From contig NW_024704742.1 in the NCBI RefSeq assembly GCF_018977255.1, forward strand, positions 111,230,001-111,294,000: a stretch of 64,000 bases of DNA, given 5' to 3'. Under the pieces are notes generated by a model that saw only the letters and a list, made by a program, of their open reading frames with translations, did no database searches and was not told where the DNA came from. This stretch comes from Callorhinchus milii (lineage: Eukaryota). The translations under genes were made by a program, and so were the position numbers. Positions 62,023 through 64,000 of the stretch are shown here, in pieces. Numbering within the stretch: the first letter of the stretch is position 1; every line of letters starts with the position of its first letter.

Positions 62023-63559
62023 GACATCACACAGAATAAGTTCCAATTTGTTTCAATTACATTTCCAAGTCAATACACTAATTAACTATAGAGCTGCTGT
62101 AAATAAACAGTTTATTTTGGTGGTGTTTATTTTGCGCCAATGTCAGCAGTCATTTACAGAAAACAATCTGAATCAAGCAGGTGAACTGTGCAATTTGTTA
62201 CAGAGATGCCATCAGACTTTAAACATATTGACTATTTTAAATTTAACAGATACTAATTGTGAACTAAATAATTATACGCAATCACCTAATCAGCAAAACA
62301 GCAATTGGATTACAATAATTAAGATGAATCTTTGTAATACTGTATTAGTAGCACAGCATTCATCTGGTTGCAACAAATATACTATCGTATGTTACAAAAA
62401 TGTATTTAAGTTTCATATCGAATGCATATGGTATTGCACCTTCTTTCAAAGTAAGTCTGGTCTGTATTTGCATGCACGTGTGCGTGCGCACGCGTGTGTG
62501 TATGCATACATGTACAGAGAGATAGAGAAAGAGATCAGCAAGGGAGAGCAGTCCCTGGAGAAGTCCCTCTCCAGTTTCTGGCGTAATTACCAGTATTACC
62601 TCAGTGATGAATTGAGATGACATGAGAAAACATCATGTCACCTAAGCTGAAATGGATACAAGTATCATTTGAACTCCAAGATAGAGCTACTCCACGTTGT
62701 CTTACGCAATCATGTGTTAACATCCCATAGAAGTTCTAATTTGTTCAGATCATATTTCTAAGATAATACACAAGTCAACTATCCAGCTCCTGCACTAGTG
62801 ATTGCTGGCTGGACACACAGTTTTTGACATGTCAGGAAGACGAGAGAATATTTAAAGCCAGCCAGAAACAGGGGGCATCATCCATGGCAAATACAGTATT
62901 AACAGTTAGGATGCTCCATGCAATTGATGTACAGTGACATTTTTAGTAAAAGATAAAATGACTGTTCTATAATTATCAAGCAGCCTGAGGTGGATCACCA
63001 AAAATGAACATATAGTAAAACTCACAAAAGTCATATCAATCAGAACCATAAAATTTAATATGACTTATGTGAAGTCGGAGTTACAGGCAAACTGTTAAAG
63101 TGGTATAAAATCCGATTTAATCGATAACCTGCAGGCGTAATTCAATGCAGCCGGTAAGTGTGCATTCAGTGACGGATCAAGACTGTTTCCCTTAATTCAA
63201 TGTGTTTTGACCCATCGCCACATGTGCAGTTACCAGCAAGCATTGGAATTGGATTGGATTGCGGGAAATGAAGTTCTTCTGCACATGTAGTGACGAGTCA
63301 AGACTACAGTTCCCGCAATTCAATGCAGCCAGCCATAAGTGTGCATATCTCAACGGACCAGAATTTCATTCAATGCAACCGGTAAATGAAGGAGTAATGG
63401 GGGATCAGGGAGTAGCATTATGAGTTAGGAGATGATTAATATGACTAGTGTAAAGAAATCTAAGCAGTTTTGATTGGAAACTGAATGGGACTCAGGTGCA
63501 TGTACGACTTAAGTGATTATATGATTTAGAAAGATTTTACTTCAGTCAGAATATAACTG

Positions 63560-64000
63560 ACATTTATATAGTACTTTTCACATTGGGAGCAAATCTCAAA
63601 ATGCTTCACAGCTGGTTGGGCACCTGACCTTTGTGGGGAGGGGGGGGCCTTTATGAATAACAAGAGCAGCCAAGCCTGTAGGGTCACAGGAGGTGACAGA
63701 GATAGGGTGGGGTAAGACATGGAGACAAATTGAAAGCAAGGATGAAGAACTTGAATTTGATCGACTAGAAAGAAAATGGCACAGAGTGAGTGAGGTTGGG
63801 GGGGTGATGGTTTGGCGATCCTGGTACGGTAGATTTTAAAGGTTACAAAATCAATCTACAGCCTCAGTTTAACAGTAGAAAGTTACAACTCCTCCAGGAC
63901 ATGACATCTCCAGACAATTGGTCAGACAAGCATTAGACCTGGAATCGAGGATAGCGAGAGAGAGATAGACATGGGTGTCACCCATGTTATTGTGGAAGTG
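63560..64000 (-). mobile_element. Highly decayed L2 LINE 3' fragment
   Basis: L2-type tail at 63560-63610; patches such as GATGAAGAACTTGAATTT similar to the other L2 copies. Confidence 0.6.

Noticed and set aside
61934..62620. 228-aa plus-strand ORF
   Set aside because: Starts in an L2 tail and runs through AT-rich and microsatellite sequence; no recognisable domain.

Overview
Eukaryotic (vertebrate) genomic DNA. The repeat content (tRNA-headed SINEs with L2-type tails, Deu-domain SINEs, L2 and shark-type CR1 LINE fragments) points to a cartilaginous fish, probably a holocephalan; the species call is inference. The window is the 5' part of ADGRV1 (VLGR1/GPR98/USH2C) on the minus strand. I traced 34 consecutive GT-AG coding exons by hand (59059 down to 1790, numbered 2-35 by analogy to the human gene from memory), about 8.26 kb of coding sequence: signal peptide, many Calx-beta repeats and the LamG/pentraxin domain. 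The gene continues past position 1, and exon 1 was not identified. Exon phases chain correctly except exon 33, which is 1 nt short (frameshift near 4693-4696). Main oddities: that frameshift; a PAN/apple-like Cys module in exon 33; exon 26, with three in-frame acceptors made by an 18-bp tandem duplication, a UG-repeat tract and a Ser-Gly motif; a decayed partial copy of exon 3 in intron 2; a TSD-flanked hairpin element; and SINE/L2 tail sharing, chimerism and nesting. I found no prokaryotic-type system or CRISPR array, and no convincing wholly new biological system. All coordinates and alignments are by eye.
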